This document shows positions 31,836 through 41,948 of a DNA stretch of 64,000 nucleotides, in pieces. The stretch comes from an uncultured bacterium (GTDB taxonomy: Bacteria; Babelota; Babeliae; Babelales; Vermiphilaceae). The stretch spans positions 224,001 to 288,000 of the forward strand of contig OY969561.1 of NCBI GenBank assembly GCA_963701085.1, written 5' to 3'. The position numbers and the translations under genes are program-made. Each line of letters begins with the position of its first letter. Within the stretch, counting starts at the first letter, position 1. The notes below the pieces were generated by a model that was not told the DNA's origin, did no database searches, and worked only from the letters and a program-made list of their open reading frames with translations.

Positions 31836-32903
31836 ATGGCTATGACCGATCTGGCGATATTGCAAAAAAGATATGATGATCTTGCAAGCGAGCTTGCTAC
31901 TGTTACTGATAGCGCAAAACGAATAGTGCTACAGAAGGAGCTAGCTCGTCTTTTGCGTATTATTGATGCGCATAAAGATCTGGCTCATTGCGATGAATTG
32001 ATTACTGATGCAAAAAATCAGTTAAAGCATTCATTGGAAGATCCAGAAATGGCAGAGCTTTTTAAGCTTGAGCTGCATGATTTGGGATTAAAAAGATTAG
32101 AAAAAGAGCGTGCGCTTGAAGATTTGATGATTCCTTCTGACGAACATGATGAGCGTTCAGTTTTTATAGAAATACGTGCAGGAGCTGGTGGACAAGAAGC
32201 AGCGTTGTTTGCAGCAGATCTCTTGAGAATGTATACAAACTATGCAATAAAAAAGGGATGGCGAGCAACAGTAGTTGATGAAAGCTTTACCGATATTGGT
32301 GGTATTCGTGAGGTTACTTTGCATATTCAGGGAACTGGTGTGTATGGATACCTCAAATTTGAAGCGGGTGTTCATCGCGTGCAACGTGTGCCAAAAACTG
32401 AAACGCAGGGGCGTGTTCATACATCAACAGCAACGGTGGCGGTGTTGCCTGAAGCTGAAGAGGTTGATGTGACTATTAATCCAGCTGATTTACGCATAGA
32501 CGTGTTCCGTGCGAGTGGTGCTGGTGGCCAGCATGTTAACACAACTGATTCAGCCGTTCGCATTACGCATATTCCTTCTGGTTGTGTTGTTTCATGCCAG
32601 GATGAGCGATCTCAGCACAAAAATAAGGCTAAAGCACTTAAAGTTTTACAATCACGTTTGCTTGTGTTTGAAAAAGAACGCCATGCAGCAGAAGTTGGAA
32701 AACAGCGCAAAGAGATGGTTGGTAGAGGTATGCGTGCAGAAAAAGTACGTACTTATAATTTCCCACAAAATCGTGTCACTGATCACAACGCTGATATAAC
32801 ACTTAAAAAACTTGATTATGTTATTGAAGGCGATCTTGATGAAATTATTGAAGCGCTTCGTACGCTTGATCGTGAAGAAAGACGTAAGTTGGCATTGCAA
32901 TAA
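31836..32903 (+). CDS. prfA: Peptide chain release factor 1
   Basis: GGQHVN; PxT (PKT) RF1 signature; [13 protein letters not shown]; follows rpmE. Confidence 0.97.
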   Translation: MAMTDLAILQKRYDDLASELATVTDSAKRIVLQKELARLLRIIDAHKDLAHCDELITDAKNQLKHSLEDPEMAELFKLELHDLGLKRLEKERALEDLMIPSDEHDERSVFIEIRAGAGGQEAALFAADLLRMYTNYAIKKGWRATVVDESFTDIGGIREVTLHIQGTGVYGYLKFEAGVHRVQRVPKTETQGRVHTSTATVAVLPEAEEVDVTINPADLRIDVFRASGAGGQHVNTTDSAVRITHIPSGCVVSCQDERSQHKNKAKALKVLQSRLLVFEKERHAAEVGKQRKEMVGRGMRAEKVRTYNFPQNRVTDHNADITLKKLDYVIEGDLDEIIEALRTLDREERRKLALQ

Positions 32904-32928
32904 TAAATTTTATTTTAGTTTTTTTATG

Positions 32929-32968
32929 AAGAGGGTTGATTGTTACAGTCAACTCTCTTTTGTTTTTT
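32929..32968 (+). terminator. Probable terminator after prfA
   Basis: AAGAGGGTTGA...TCAACTCTCTT followed by a T-rich tail. Confidence 0.6.
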
Positions 32969-33006
32969 AATAAAAGCCTATCTCCAAAGTCGAAAAATAT
33001 TAAATT

Positions 33007-33147
33007 TTCTTCCCGCGCTCGCCCTGAACTTGTTGAAGGGTTTCCTGAGCGCTCAAAGATATCCTTTAGCCCCAATTTTCACTTTATTCCAATTGGGGTC
33101 CCCATCGAAAGAATGAAGATGGGGGATAGCTGACGAGCGCGGGAGAA
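33007..33147. repeat. Composite family A element
   Basis: CCCGCGCTCGCCCTGAACTTGTTGAAGGG...GAGCGC closed by CGAGCGCGGG; internal TTGGGGTCCCCATC...GAAGATGGGGGATAGCTGA shared with 42005-42107. Confidence 0.85.
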
Positions 33148-33185
33148 TATTGACCAGGTTATTTAAATGACTTGTGTTATGTTAT

Positions 33186-34319
33186 TTATAATTTTGCTGG
33201 TTGTTTTTGATAATTTTTGTTGAGAAGTGAAAGCCACTCTGATAGTAGTTTTTTATAAAATTTCAAAATATACGCATTAATATGATTACTTTTTGTAACT
33301 GGTGTTGTGTTCCAACTATCTTTGCGTGGTATTAATTTTTGTCTAATATGTTCTTTATGTGGTGCTTTATTGCCGTATGAAACCAATCCAATATTGCTAT
33401 CTTGAGTTCCTAAAATTTTCAGTATGAGTGGATAGAGTGTGGTAGTAAGTTCATGTATCTCTTTGTATGTTTCTACCGATAAATTTTGAATTGATTCCTC
33501 ATGCTCATGAGGGATAATATCAATTTCTCCAAAATAGGTTGGAAAATGAGAGAGCATAGCTGTTGCATATTTTCCTCGATGGATAATTAGATTTTTTAAA
33601 GCATCATTTTCTTTGAGAATGGTGCAGAAGTAACAGTTTTTATGCAGATTATTTTTTACTAATAATTCTATAACAAGACGTTGCCTTATATAGCCTTGCT
33701 CTGGTATAATCAAATCGTCTAATTTGTGCATATGTGCCTGTAATGTGTTGAATAACACCGGTAAATTAACAACGGTTTTTGTTTTTTGCATTGCTTCAAT
33801 AAGATTATGATAACGCGGTGCATTATTGATCATGATATGTTTATGATGGTGTTCTGGTATGCTGGCTCCTGCAGCTAATCCTTGATTGGTGTTGATCCAT
33901 GTTTCATGACAATTTTGTGCAAACAAATAACATAATTTTTGTGTAAAGATATTTTCTTCTTGATGGGTTTCAGACGATAAGTTGCTGATTTCTCGCGTAT
34001 GTTCGTAAGGAATAATTAAAAAATGTATACCATTATCTATATATGGTTGGCTTGCGAGCATGATGAGTGAATGATTTCCACGATGGAGGACAAGATTTTT
34101 TGTACTGTTTTTATCAGCAATAATGCGACAAAAAGTGCAGGGTCTTTGTAGAATTTGTTCTGGTTGTTGTTGTATTTTGCTCGTTTCATTACAATAATCT
34201 TCTCGCCATGGTGCATAAACAATGCCGTGTGGTTGTGGTTTATACATGAGTTGTGTTTCCATACAAAAAGTGTGTGAGATATGAAGTATAATGATAACAA
34301 TAGTGAAAGATTTCTTCAT
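33186..34319 (-). CDS. Exported tandem HIT-domain protein
   Basis: YAPWR..Y, CTFC, N.G.AAGASI.EHHHKHI (HxHxH); second domain CYFC...LIPR with a degenerate triad; signal ending TFC-ME. Confidence 0.85.
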   Translation of the reverse strand: MKKSFTIVIIILHISHTFCMETQLMYKPQPHGIVYAPWREDYCNETSKIQQQPEQILQRPCTFCRIIADKNSTKNLVLHRGNHSLIMLASQPYIDNGIHFLIIPYEHTREISNLSSETHQEENIFTQKLCYLFAQNCHETWINTNQGLAAGASIPEHHHKHIMINNAPRYHNLIEAMQKTKTVVNLPVLFNTLQAHMHKLDDLIIPEQGYIRQRLVIELLVKNNLHKNCYFCTILKENDALKNLIIHRGKYATAMLSHFPTYFGEIDIIPHEHEESIQNLSVETYKEIHELTTTLYPLILKILGTQDSNIGLVSYGNKAPHKEHIRQKLIPRKDSWNTTPVTKSNHINAYILKFYKKLLSEWLSLLNKNYQKQPAKL

Positions 34320-34966
34320 GGTTTACCTGTATTCTTGTTCTGGTTTTTCTGTGACCATTGATAACAATCGTTAGTATATTCTTTAAATAGTTTTACTCGA
34401 TGTTTGAGAATAATCAGTAAAGATATTGTTTTTGCGGTCTGTTCTAGAAGATATTTTCCTTCTGTTTCTAATTGAAGGATTGTTTTTTTTAGTCGATTAT
34501 TTTTTATATCGGTAGATTGTTTTTTGTAATAATTAATTTCTGCTAATTGTTTGGATAGAGCTATATGATGGTTACTTAAAATTAATGATGCATTTGTAAG
34601 ATCTGTATAATATCTTAAAAACGGATATGTTTTTTTATTGTTGTCTAAGATTATTTCTTTAAGGTCCCAATCACTGATTTGAGCATCACTGTGGTAAAAA
34701 TTGTGATATTCTTGAACGTCCTGGTAGATGCATGCATAGAGTGATTGGCAGTTTTCGATAACTTTTTTAGGGCTTATCTGGTGAGTTTGATAATAATTAT
34801 ATGATAATTTTCCGATAATAAGAGCGGTAGCCACACCTGCAATGCACCATTGTAGGGGATATGGTGAGGTAAGTATGGTGTGCCATTGTTTTTCCGACGG
34901 AGTGGTTGTTGAGAATATTAGGAATAAAAAAATAAATATGGTTTTTTTAATAATGGTTTTATACAT
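34316..34966 (-). CDS. Hypothetical exported/membrane protein
   Basis: 216-aa ORF with signal-like and TM segments; stop overlaps the next start. Confidence 0.7.
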   Translation of the reverse strand: MYKTIIKKTIFIFLFLIFSTTTPSEKQWHTILTSPYPLQWCIAGVATALIIGKLSYNYYQTHQISPKKVIENCQSLYACIYQDVQEYHNFYHSDAQISDWDLKEIILDNNKKTYPFLRYYTDLTNASLILSNHHIALSKQLAEINYYKKQSTDIKNNRLKKTILQLETEGKYLLEQTAKTISLLIILKHRVKLFKEYTNDCYQWSQKNQNKNTGKP

Positions 34967-35172
34967 AGTTATTACCTTGCATAATAGAGTACTGATTTAT
35001 AGAACCATTATATGTAAGTAACTGGGTATGTCAAAAGAGGGTGATGTGTGGTGAATATACTTATTGGCAAGAGCCTTTGGTGCTATTTGTTTTTTGACTC
35101 TTCTATAAAATTGTATATGATTTAAGGCAGTATAATTACAACGTCGATAACTTTTACAAAAAGGGTATTCTT

Positions 35173-35715
35173 ATGATGAGTTTTAATGGGCGTGCAAAAT
35201 CGGCTTTGCTAGCATTAACAATGATTGCTTCTTCAACACAATGTAATGTGGTTGCTGATTTTTGTACTAATAATGCGGTAGTATGTTCTATGTTAGCTGC
35301 TGGTTTAATGGCGTTGAAGGTGCGTCTTGATACAAAACAACGATGTCATTATACATTTGACAATTGGCAACAAGATATTGCAGGTGTATTGAGTTCTTAT
35401 AATGTTTTTAATCCTGCATCACGCGCAACAATAATGAATTTTATTGATAAATATTTTGTGGGAGCAAAATTTAAGAGAGTAGATACAACAACAAGAACTA
35501 AAGAAGATGATGGAACAGTTGTTACGGTTAAAGGGACTAAGGTTGTACAAAAACCGTCAGGATTTATGGGAAATATCGATGCATATGTGTTCCAACAACT
35601 TGAAGCAGATAATAAGCTTCTGCCAGCCGTAGTAGCAATGTATTTCTTTATTGCGGAACCACAAAAAGCATGGAATAATGCGTATAATGCTGCTTCGACA
35701 CCAAAAAACAGCTAG
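35173..35715 (+). CDS. Hypothetical exported/membrane protein
   Basis: Has its own TTGACT/TATGAT promoter-like sequence (35094-35121) and a downstream terminator. Confidence 0.75.
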   Translation: MMSFNGRAKSALLALTMIASSTQCNVVADFCTNNAVVCSMLAAGLMALKVRLDTKQRCHYTFDNWQQDIAGVLSSYNVFNPASRATIMNFIDKYFVGAKFKRVDTTTRTKEDDGTVVTVKGTKVVQKPSGFMGNIDAYVFQQLEADNKLLPAVVAMYFFIAEPQKAWNNAYNAASTPKNS

Positions 35716-35741
35716 TTAATTATTTTATATTGTAAAACAGT

Positions 35742-35772
35742 AAGGCCCGTGGAAACACGGGCCTGTTTTTTT
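35742..35772 (+). terminator. Intrinsic terminator
   Basis: AGGCCCGTG-GAAA-CACGGGCCT followed by a T run. Confidence 0.88.
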
Positions 35773-35874
35773 GTATAAGAGTTGCTCATATTGTACAAAA
35801 CTTGAAAAGATAGAGGCTATTCTTTTAGGATGGATGTATTGATTTTTAATGAGTTTATTTTAAAGGAGTCGCTT

Positions 35875-37080
35875 ATGAAAAGAGCATTCTGGAAGGGTTT
35901 ACTGTGCGTGAGCGTCTCTTTTTTCATTGGAATGATGTATGCTGCATCACAAAAGCCATGGACTTTTTTGGTTTATATGGCGGCAGCGAATGATTTGAAT
36001 CAATATGCTTTATTAGATTTACACCAAATGATGCAGGCCGGGTCTAATGATAATGTAAATATTATTGTTTATCTTACGATACAAGAAGATGGTCAACCAA
36101 AAGTAACAAAAAAATTATATGTTGAGCAGGGAGCATTGAAGCAAATTGGTGAGGTAATGGTTCGTGATAGTGGTGATTTAGTGGTATTAGAAGAAGCATT
36201 GTTGTGGGCGTGTAATGATTATCCTTCAGATTATATTGCAGTTGTCTTGTGGGGTGATGGTTCTGGACCATTAAATAAATCTCATAAAATTATGCCATCC
36301 AGGGGGTTTTGTTATGATCGTGATACAGAGTATTATTTAACTGAGCATGATTGTTTAGAAGCGTTTTCATGGGCGCGGGATTATGTGAGGGATGGTAAAA
36401 AGTTTGACATTATAGCCTTTGATACTTCTTTTTCGGCATCGCTCGAGATGGCATATGCCTTGTCTTTTTGTGCAGATTATATGGTTGCTTCTCAAGATGA
36501 TCTTTCTGATCATGGATACCAGTATGCATATATTTTAAATCAGTTTGCTACTCAAACTTTTGATCCACTTTCTTTTGCGCAACTCATGGTGAGTGTGCCT
36601 CATCAGGAAGAATATGCGGAGATAAAGGATTATATTTTTTCAGTAATAGATCTCAATGTAGTGCATTCATTGGTAGACAATTGCAATGCCTTGGCTCACG
36701 TTCTACTATCGCAACTTATGGGCAAGCATAGGGTTATTGCTAAGGCTACTATTAAAAAATGTATTAACATAAACAACTGTCCTTCTTTTGATGAAGGTAT
36801 GTATATTGATTTATGGCAGTTTTATAAAAATGTGTTAAAACACAGCGCCGGGTTACATGTGTCAAAATCATGTATTAATCAGTTCAAACAGTTGCTGAAT
36901 AATGGTATAAAATTGTTTGCAAATGTTGTTAAGGCTCATGTTATGAGTGGCAATTATCAACAAGCTGGTGGTATTTCTATTTATTTTTCTCGCTATTCTC
37001 TTGATCCATCCTATTATGGTCTTTATTGGGCCAAACAGAATCCAAATTGGTTGAATTTTTTGGAAGCATTTCTCCTATAA
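35875..37080 (+). CDS. Clostripain (C11)-family protein with substituted catalytic dyad
   Basis: KPWTFLVYMAAANDL, GSNDNVNI, DSGD...L...L.W...YPSD, DII.FD...LEMAY...ADYMVASQ, GISIYF; His and Cys sites read WGDG and FDTS. Confidence 0.85.
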   Translation: MKRAFWKGLLCVSVSFFIGMMYAASQKPWTFLVYMAAANDLNQYALLDLHQMMQAGSNDNVNIIVYLTIQEDGQPKVTKKLYVEQGALKQIGEVMVRDSGDLVVLEEALLWACNDYPSDYIAVVLWGDGSGPLNKSHKIMPSRGFCYDRDTEYYLTEHDCLEAFSWARDYVRDGKKFDIIAFDTSFSASLEMAYALSFCADYMVASQDDLSDHGYQYAYILNQFATQTFDPLSFAQLMVSVPHQEEYAEIKDYIFSVIDLNVVHSLVDNCNALAHVLLSQLMGKHRVIAKATIKKCININNCPSFDEGMYIDLWQFYKNVLKHSAGLHVSKSCINQFKQLLNNGIKLFANVVKAHVMSGNYQQAGGISIYFSRYSLDPSYYGLYWAKQNPNWLNFLEAFLL

Positions 37081-37109
37081 AAAGAGTAAAACAAAGAAAG
37101 TAAAAAAGT

Positions 37110-39500
37110 ATGCGTTATATTAAATATTTTGAGGATATTCGTCTGACTGATGTTACAACAGTTGGAGGAAAAAATGCATCGTTGGGTGAGATGATAACGC
37201 AGCTTTCATCTCAGGGAATAAGAGTTCCCACTGGTTTTGCCATTACTGCAGATGCATACTGGCACTATCTTGAATCAAATCAGCTTGTTGAAACGATGAA
37301 AAACATTATGGGTCGCTTGCATGATGCGGGTGATGTTGCTGTTTTGCATAAGGTTGGGTCAGAGATTCGTGATCTTATTATAAATGCTGATATGCCAGAT
37401 GATTTGGCGCAAGAAATTATTACCGCGTATCATAAACTTTCTCAGCATTATGATCAAAATGAGACGGATGTTGCCGTGCGTTCTTCTGCAACAGCTGAAG
37501 ATTTACCAACCGCATCATTTGCTGGGCAGCAAGATACGTTTTTGAATGTGGTTGGTGATAAAACATTATTGAATGCATGTAAAAAAAGTATGGCATCGTT
37601 GTTTAATGATCGCGCAATTATTTATCGCATTGATCAAGGATTTGATCATTTTAAAGTAGCACTTTCTATTGGTGTGCAAAAAATGATTCGTTCCGATGGC
37701 GCGGTCTCTGGCGTTGCTTTTTCATTGGATACAGAAAGTGGTTTTAAAGATGTGGTAATGATTGAAGCTTCGTATGGTCTTGGTGAATCTATTGTGCAGG
37801 GTCTTGTTACGCCTGATGAATATGTGGTGCATAAACCAACGCTGCAGTTAGGATTTACACCCATTATAAAAAAGATGTGTGGTGATAAAAAAACAAAAAT
37901 TGTGTATGGCAGTGGTACTAATGAGGTAAAGACCGTAGCAGTCCCGCTTGCTGATCAGCATAAATTTGCATTGTCTGATAAAGAAATTATTGAATTAGCA
38001 CAGTTTGTTGTTGCAATAGAAAAACATTATTCAGCGCTTGGCAACAGTTGGTCTCCGATGGATATTGAGTGGGCAAAAGATGCGCATGATGACAAAATAT
38101 ATATTGTGCAGGCACGACCAGAAACTATTTATGCGGGTAAAACAGCGTTAACGTTACAGCAGTATGTGTTGAGTGGTGATGCAAAGGTAAAAAAGGAAGT
38201 GATTGTTATCGGTTTGAGTATAGGTCATAAAATTGTTTCTGGTGTTGCACGCGTGGTAAAAGGGGCACAAGATATTGCGCAGGTTCGTGATGGCGATATT
38301 ATTGTGACAGAAATGACTGATCCCGATTGGGTGCCGGTAATGAAGCGCGCAGCCGGAATTGTAACTGATCGTGGAGGGCGTACGTGTCATGCAGCAATTG
38401 TGAGCCGTGAACTGGCAATTCCGGCAATTGTAGGTACAAAAAATGGGACCGTGGCAATAAAAAATGGTGAGCTTATCACGCTTGATTGCTCTGCTGGTGC
38501 TACTGGCACCGTTTATAAAGGAAAATTGGAATATACAATACAAGAAACATTGCTTGATACCATTCCAACATTACCCGTTGCGGTGATGGTTAATATTGCT
38601 GATCCTGATAGTGCATTCCAAACATCCTTTTTACCGGTTGCCGGTGTTGGGCTTGCGCGTCTTGAATTTATTATCTCTAATTTTATAAAAATTCATCCAA
38701 TGGCCTTGGTGCACCCCGAACGTGTTGAAGATAGTAAGCTGAGAGCGGAGATAGATAACTTGACCGCATTGTATACAAATACAACAGATTTTTTTGTGGA
38801 ACAGCTGGCGCAGGGTATTGGGATGATTGCGGCAGCATTTTATCCGCGTCCGGTTATGGTACGCTTGTCCGATTTTAAAAGTAATGAGTATCGCAATTTG
38901 TTGGGCGGTAGTTATTTTGAACCGATAGAAGAAAATCCTATGATTGGGTTCCGTGGTGCTTCTCGTTATTACAATGAACGTTACAAAGAAGCATTTGCAT
39001 TAGAGTGTCAGGCGTTGCTCCGTGTTCGTTCCGTGATGGGACTTAAGAATGTAAAAATTATGATTCCTTTTGTGCGAACAGTGCAAGAAGCGCAATCTGT
39101 TGAAGATGAAATGGCAGCGCATGGTTTGATTAAGGGTGAAGATGGTTTGGAGTTAGTGATGATGTGTGAGGTTCCATCGAATGTGATTATGATTGAAGAA
39201 TTTAGTCGCTATTTTGATGGATTTTCAATTGGGTCGAATGATTTAACGCAATTAGTTCTTGGTGTAGATCGTGATTCCACTATTCTTGCATCACTGTTTG
39301 ATGAACGTGATCCAGCAGTTAAAAAGATGATGGCAATGGCAATTGCAGGTGCACATAAAAGTGGTCGATATATTGGTATTTGTGGTCAAGCACCATCTGA
39401 TTATCCTGAAATTGCGGAATTTTTGATTAAAGCGGGCATTGATTCATTGTCATTAAACGCAGATTCAGTGTTACCGTTTCTTATGAGTTGCGCAAAATAA
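37110..39500 (+). CDS. ppsA: Phosphoenolpyruvate synthase
   Basis: GGKNASLGEM, VRSSATAEDLP.ASFAGQQ, GGRTCHAAI, EENPMIGFRGA, FSIGSNDLTQL, GICGQAPSDYP. Confidence 0.98.
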   Translation: MRYIKYFEDIRLTDVTTVGGKNASLGEMITQLSSQGIRVPTGFAITADAYWHYLESNQLVETMKNIMGRLHDAGDVAVLHKVGSEIRDLIINADMPDDLAQEIITAYHKLSQHYDQNETDVAVRSSATAEDLPTASFAGQQDTFLNVVGDKTLLNACKKSMASLFNDRAIIYRIDQGFDHFKVALSIGVQKMIRSDGAVSGVAFSLDTESGFKDVVMIEASYGLGESIVQGLVTPDEYVVHKPTLQLGFTPIIKKMCGDKKTKIVYGSGTNEVKTVAVPLADQHKFALSDKEIIELAQFVVAIEKHYSALGNSWSPMDIEWAKDAHDDKIYIVQARPETIYAGKTALTLQQYVLSGDAKVKKEVIVIGLSIGHKIVSGVARVVKGAQDIAQVRDGDIIVTEMTDPDWVPVMKRAAGIVTDRGGRTCHAAIVSRELAIPAIVGTKNGTVAIKNGELITLDCSAGATGTVYKGKLEYTIQETLLDTIPTLPVAVMVNIADPDSAFQTSFLPVAGVGLARLEFIISNFIKIHPMALVHPERVEDSKLRAEIDNLTALYTNTTDFFVEQLAQGIGMIAAAFYPRPVMVRLSDFKSNEYRNLLGGSYFEPIEENPMIGFRGASRYYNERYKEAFALECQALLRVRSVMGLKNVKIMIPFVRTVQEAQSVEDEMAAHGLIKGEDGLELVMMCEVPSNVIMIEEFSRYFDGFSIGSNDLTQLVLGVDRDSTILASLFDERDPAVKKMMAMAIAGAHKSGRYIGICGQAPSDYPEIAEFLIKAGIDSLSLNADSVLPFLMSCAK

Positions 39501-39508
39501 TTGTTAAT

Positions 39509-39826
39509 TTATCTGTTTTTTAAATAGTGCGCGGCAAGTTTTTTAAGCACATCTTGTGGATTGTCAGGTGTATGTAGGGTTGATTGTGCAATTCTACTCG
39601 ATTGTGTTGGTTTAACGATCTCGTACGTACGAGCATATTGTAAGTGACCACACTCAGTGCAATAACCATTTTTTATAATTTCACAACTACAGTCGCACGC
39701 AACTGAATGCCATTCTTTATTGTCGCCTGATTTTGCTAAATGTTCACTATTATCAATGCAATAAGGGCCGGCAAGAAGTGGTGCGCCTATGAGAGTGAGC
39801 GTGAGTAAGAGTATATGTTTTTTCAT
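39509..39826 (-). CDS. Small exported Cys/His-rich protein
   Basis: Signal peptide; CxCxC and CxxCGH. Confidence 0.75.
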   Translation of the reverse strand: MKKHILLLTLTLIGAPLLAGPYCIDNSEHLAKSGDNKEWHSVACDCSCEIIKNGYCTECGHLQYARTYEIVKPTQSSRIAQSTLHTPDNPQDVLKKLAAHYLKNR

Positions 39827-39990
39827 GATCTTTCTTCCTTTTTTTCTTGAGTAACGGTAGTGATTTCTATTTCATACTGTTCAAAAAATGGTCGTTTATC
39901 ATCGGGTGAGAATCCGCAAGGGCATGATGATATGGTGCCGATGTGCATGGCATTCATCATGATGAAAACAAAAAATATATATTTTCTCAT
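39823..39990 (-). CDS. Small exported peptide with CPCG
   Basis: MRKYIFF signal after GGA; stop overlaps the start of the 39826 gene. Confidence 0.55.
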   Translation of the reverse strand: MRKYIFFVFIMMNAMHIGTISSCPCGFSPDDKRPFFEQYEIEITTVTQEKKEERS

Positions 39991-40243
39991 AGCCATATCC
40001 TGTTTTTTCAATGTAATAAATAAATCTAAGTATTACTTTTATTATACAGTTGCTAAAATTCAAATTGCAATAACATGAAATGATTTGGTGAAAAAAGTGA
40101 GTAGGTAAGCATCTTTTATAGTCTGGATGATCGATTGTTTGTGACCTGTTGAACAAAACCATTGATTTTCAGTTTGCCTATTTAATACAATATCGATAGA
40201 TACGATATTGTGTATTTTGAATAATTAGTGGGGGGGGGTTAGG

Positions 40244-41941
40244 ATGAAAATGGTTAAAAATAGTGTAAAAAAAAGTTCCCTACTTCGACTGGTAGCGTTG
40301 TTGGCTATGGTTTTTGTTGCAAACATTTTTTCTATGCAGGAAAATTCTTATTTTATATACGACCAGGATAATTCAGAGAATGGCATTTGGGTTGACAAAG
40401 AACTAGTTAAGAAAAATAGTGAGACCCTTAAAAATATGATTGCAGATCTTGGTGAGGAGACAAATAAAATTTCATTTCCTTATTCTTTTAATCTCATAAA
40501 ATTTGGCTTTGATTTTTTGGATAACAAAGTTGATATAAGAAAGTTTTCATTTGGACAGTTGGTTGATGTGGCTAATTTTTTTAATTTTTTAGATGTTCCC
40601 GCAGATAAGATGAAGATTGTTTTGGTGAAAATTAAGGAAAATATCGATAAAGGTGATGCAAAAAATATAAATGTAGCATTAAAAACATTGCATCCTGATT
40701 TACAAAAATTGATAATGACTGAGCCGGCCATTACATACTTAAAAGATTGTATTATCAAAAAATATGCAAAAGATAGAGGAAAATCGCTTGTTGGCCATCC
40801 AGATACTGTTTATTCAGTAGCATTTAATTATGATGGTACAAAAATTGTTTCCGGATGTAAGGGTCATCAAAATAATCTTATTCTCTGGGATATCAGTAAT
40901 CCACACAACATTGTGTATCAAACATTTGTTGGCCATCCAAGCAGGGTGAACTCAGTAGCATTCAATCATGATGGGACAAAAATTATTTCCGGATGTGATG
41001 GTAACCAAAACAATCTTATTCTCTGGGATATCAGTAATCCACATAACATTGTGCGTCGAAAACTTATTGGCCATCCACGAGGTGTTAGGGCAGTAGCATT
41101 CAGTCATGATGGCACAAAAATTGTTTCTGGATGTTATGTCAACCAAAACAATCTTATTCTCTGGGATATCAGCAATCTACAAAATATTACGCAAAAAACG
41201 CTTGTTGGTCATCCAGATGATGTTTACGCAGTAGCATTCAGTCATGATGACACAAAAATTGTTTCTGGATGTAAGGGTCATCAAAATAATCTTATTCTTT
41301 GGGATATCAGCAATCCAGACAACATTACGCCAAAAACGCTTGCTGGTCATCCAGATAATGTTACTGCAGTAGCATTCAGTCATTATGATACAAAGATTGT
41401 TTCCGGATGTTGGGATGACAAAAATAATCTTATTCTCTGGGATATCAGCAATCCACAAAATATTACGCAAAAACCACTTGTTGGCCATCCAGATACTGTT
41501 TTCACCGTAGCATTCAGTCCTGATGACACAAAAATTGTTTCTGGATGTGATAGTGATCACAACAATCTTATTCTCTGGGATATCAGCAATCCAGACAACA
41601 TTGTGCAACAAATACTTATTGATCATCCAGACAGTGTTTCTTCAGCAGCATTCAGTCCTGATGGTACAAAAATTGTTTACGGATGTTATGGCGATGAAAA
41701 CAATCTTATTATATGGACTCTTTTGACTGATCAAGAAAATACCCTTTTAAAACAGTTAAAAAATTATACCGTCGACCAAATACGATTGATATATCAATTG
41801 TGTTTACAATTATTAAAGGGTCAAGCAATGGCATTAAAACAGGGCAGTGAAGAGCAGGAGATATTTATGACATTGCCACAAGATATGCAAAAATTATTGA
41901 CTGATCTGTTTGCTAAGAGTTGGTTTTCTGGTTGGTGGTAA
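40244..41941 (+). CDS. Exported Skp1/BTB-like + 7x WD40 protein
   Basis: SETLKNMIADLG...VANFFNFLDV resembles Skp1/POZ; seven 46-aa (138-bp) GH..WD repeats. Confidence 0.9.
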   Translation: MKMVKNSVKKSSLLRLVALLAMVFVANIFSMQENSYFIYDQDNSENGIWVDKELVKKNSETLKNMIADLGEETNKISFPYSFNLIKFGFDFLDNKVDIRKFSFGQLVDVANFFNFLDVPADKMKIVLVKIKENIDKGDAKNINVALKTLHPDLQKLIMTEPAITYLKDCIIKKYAKDRGKSLVGHPDTVYSVAFNYDGTKIVSGCKGHQNNLILWDISNPHNIVYQTFVGHPSRVNSVAFNHDGTKIISGCDGNQNNLILWDISNPHNIVRRKLIGHPRGVRAVAFSHDGTKIVSGCYVNQNNLILWDISNLQNITQKTLVGHPDDVYAVAFSHDDTKIVSGCKGHQNNLILWDISNPDNITPKTLAGHPDNVTAVAFSHYDTKIVSGCWDDKNNLILWDISNPQNITQKPLVGHPDTVFTVAFSPDDTKIVSGCDSDHNNLILWDISNPDNIVQQILIDHPDSVSSAAFSPDGTKIVYGCYGDENNLIIWTLLTDQENTLLKQLKNYTVDQIRLIYQLCLQLLKGQAMALKQGSEEQEIFMTLPQDMQKLLTDLFAKSWFSGWW

Positions 41942-41948
41942 ATTGGGC

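Noticed and set aside
31836-32903. Release factor as prfB with a programmed frameshift
   Set aside because: It has the PxT motif of RF1 and an uninterrupted frame.
32845-33133. ORFs containing RPELVEG / PSTSSGRA peptides
   Set aside because: Spurious translations of the family A repeat in an intergenic region.
40793-41720. 138-bp repeats as CRISPR or a diversity-generating retroelement
   Set aside because: They are in-frame WD40 coding repeats. No reverse transcriptase or separate template repeat is seen in the window.
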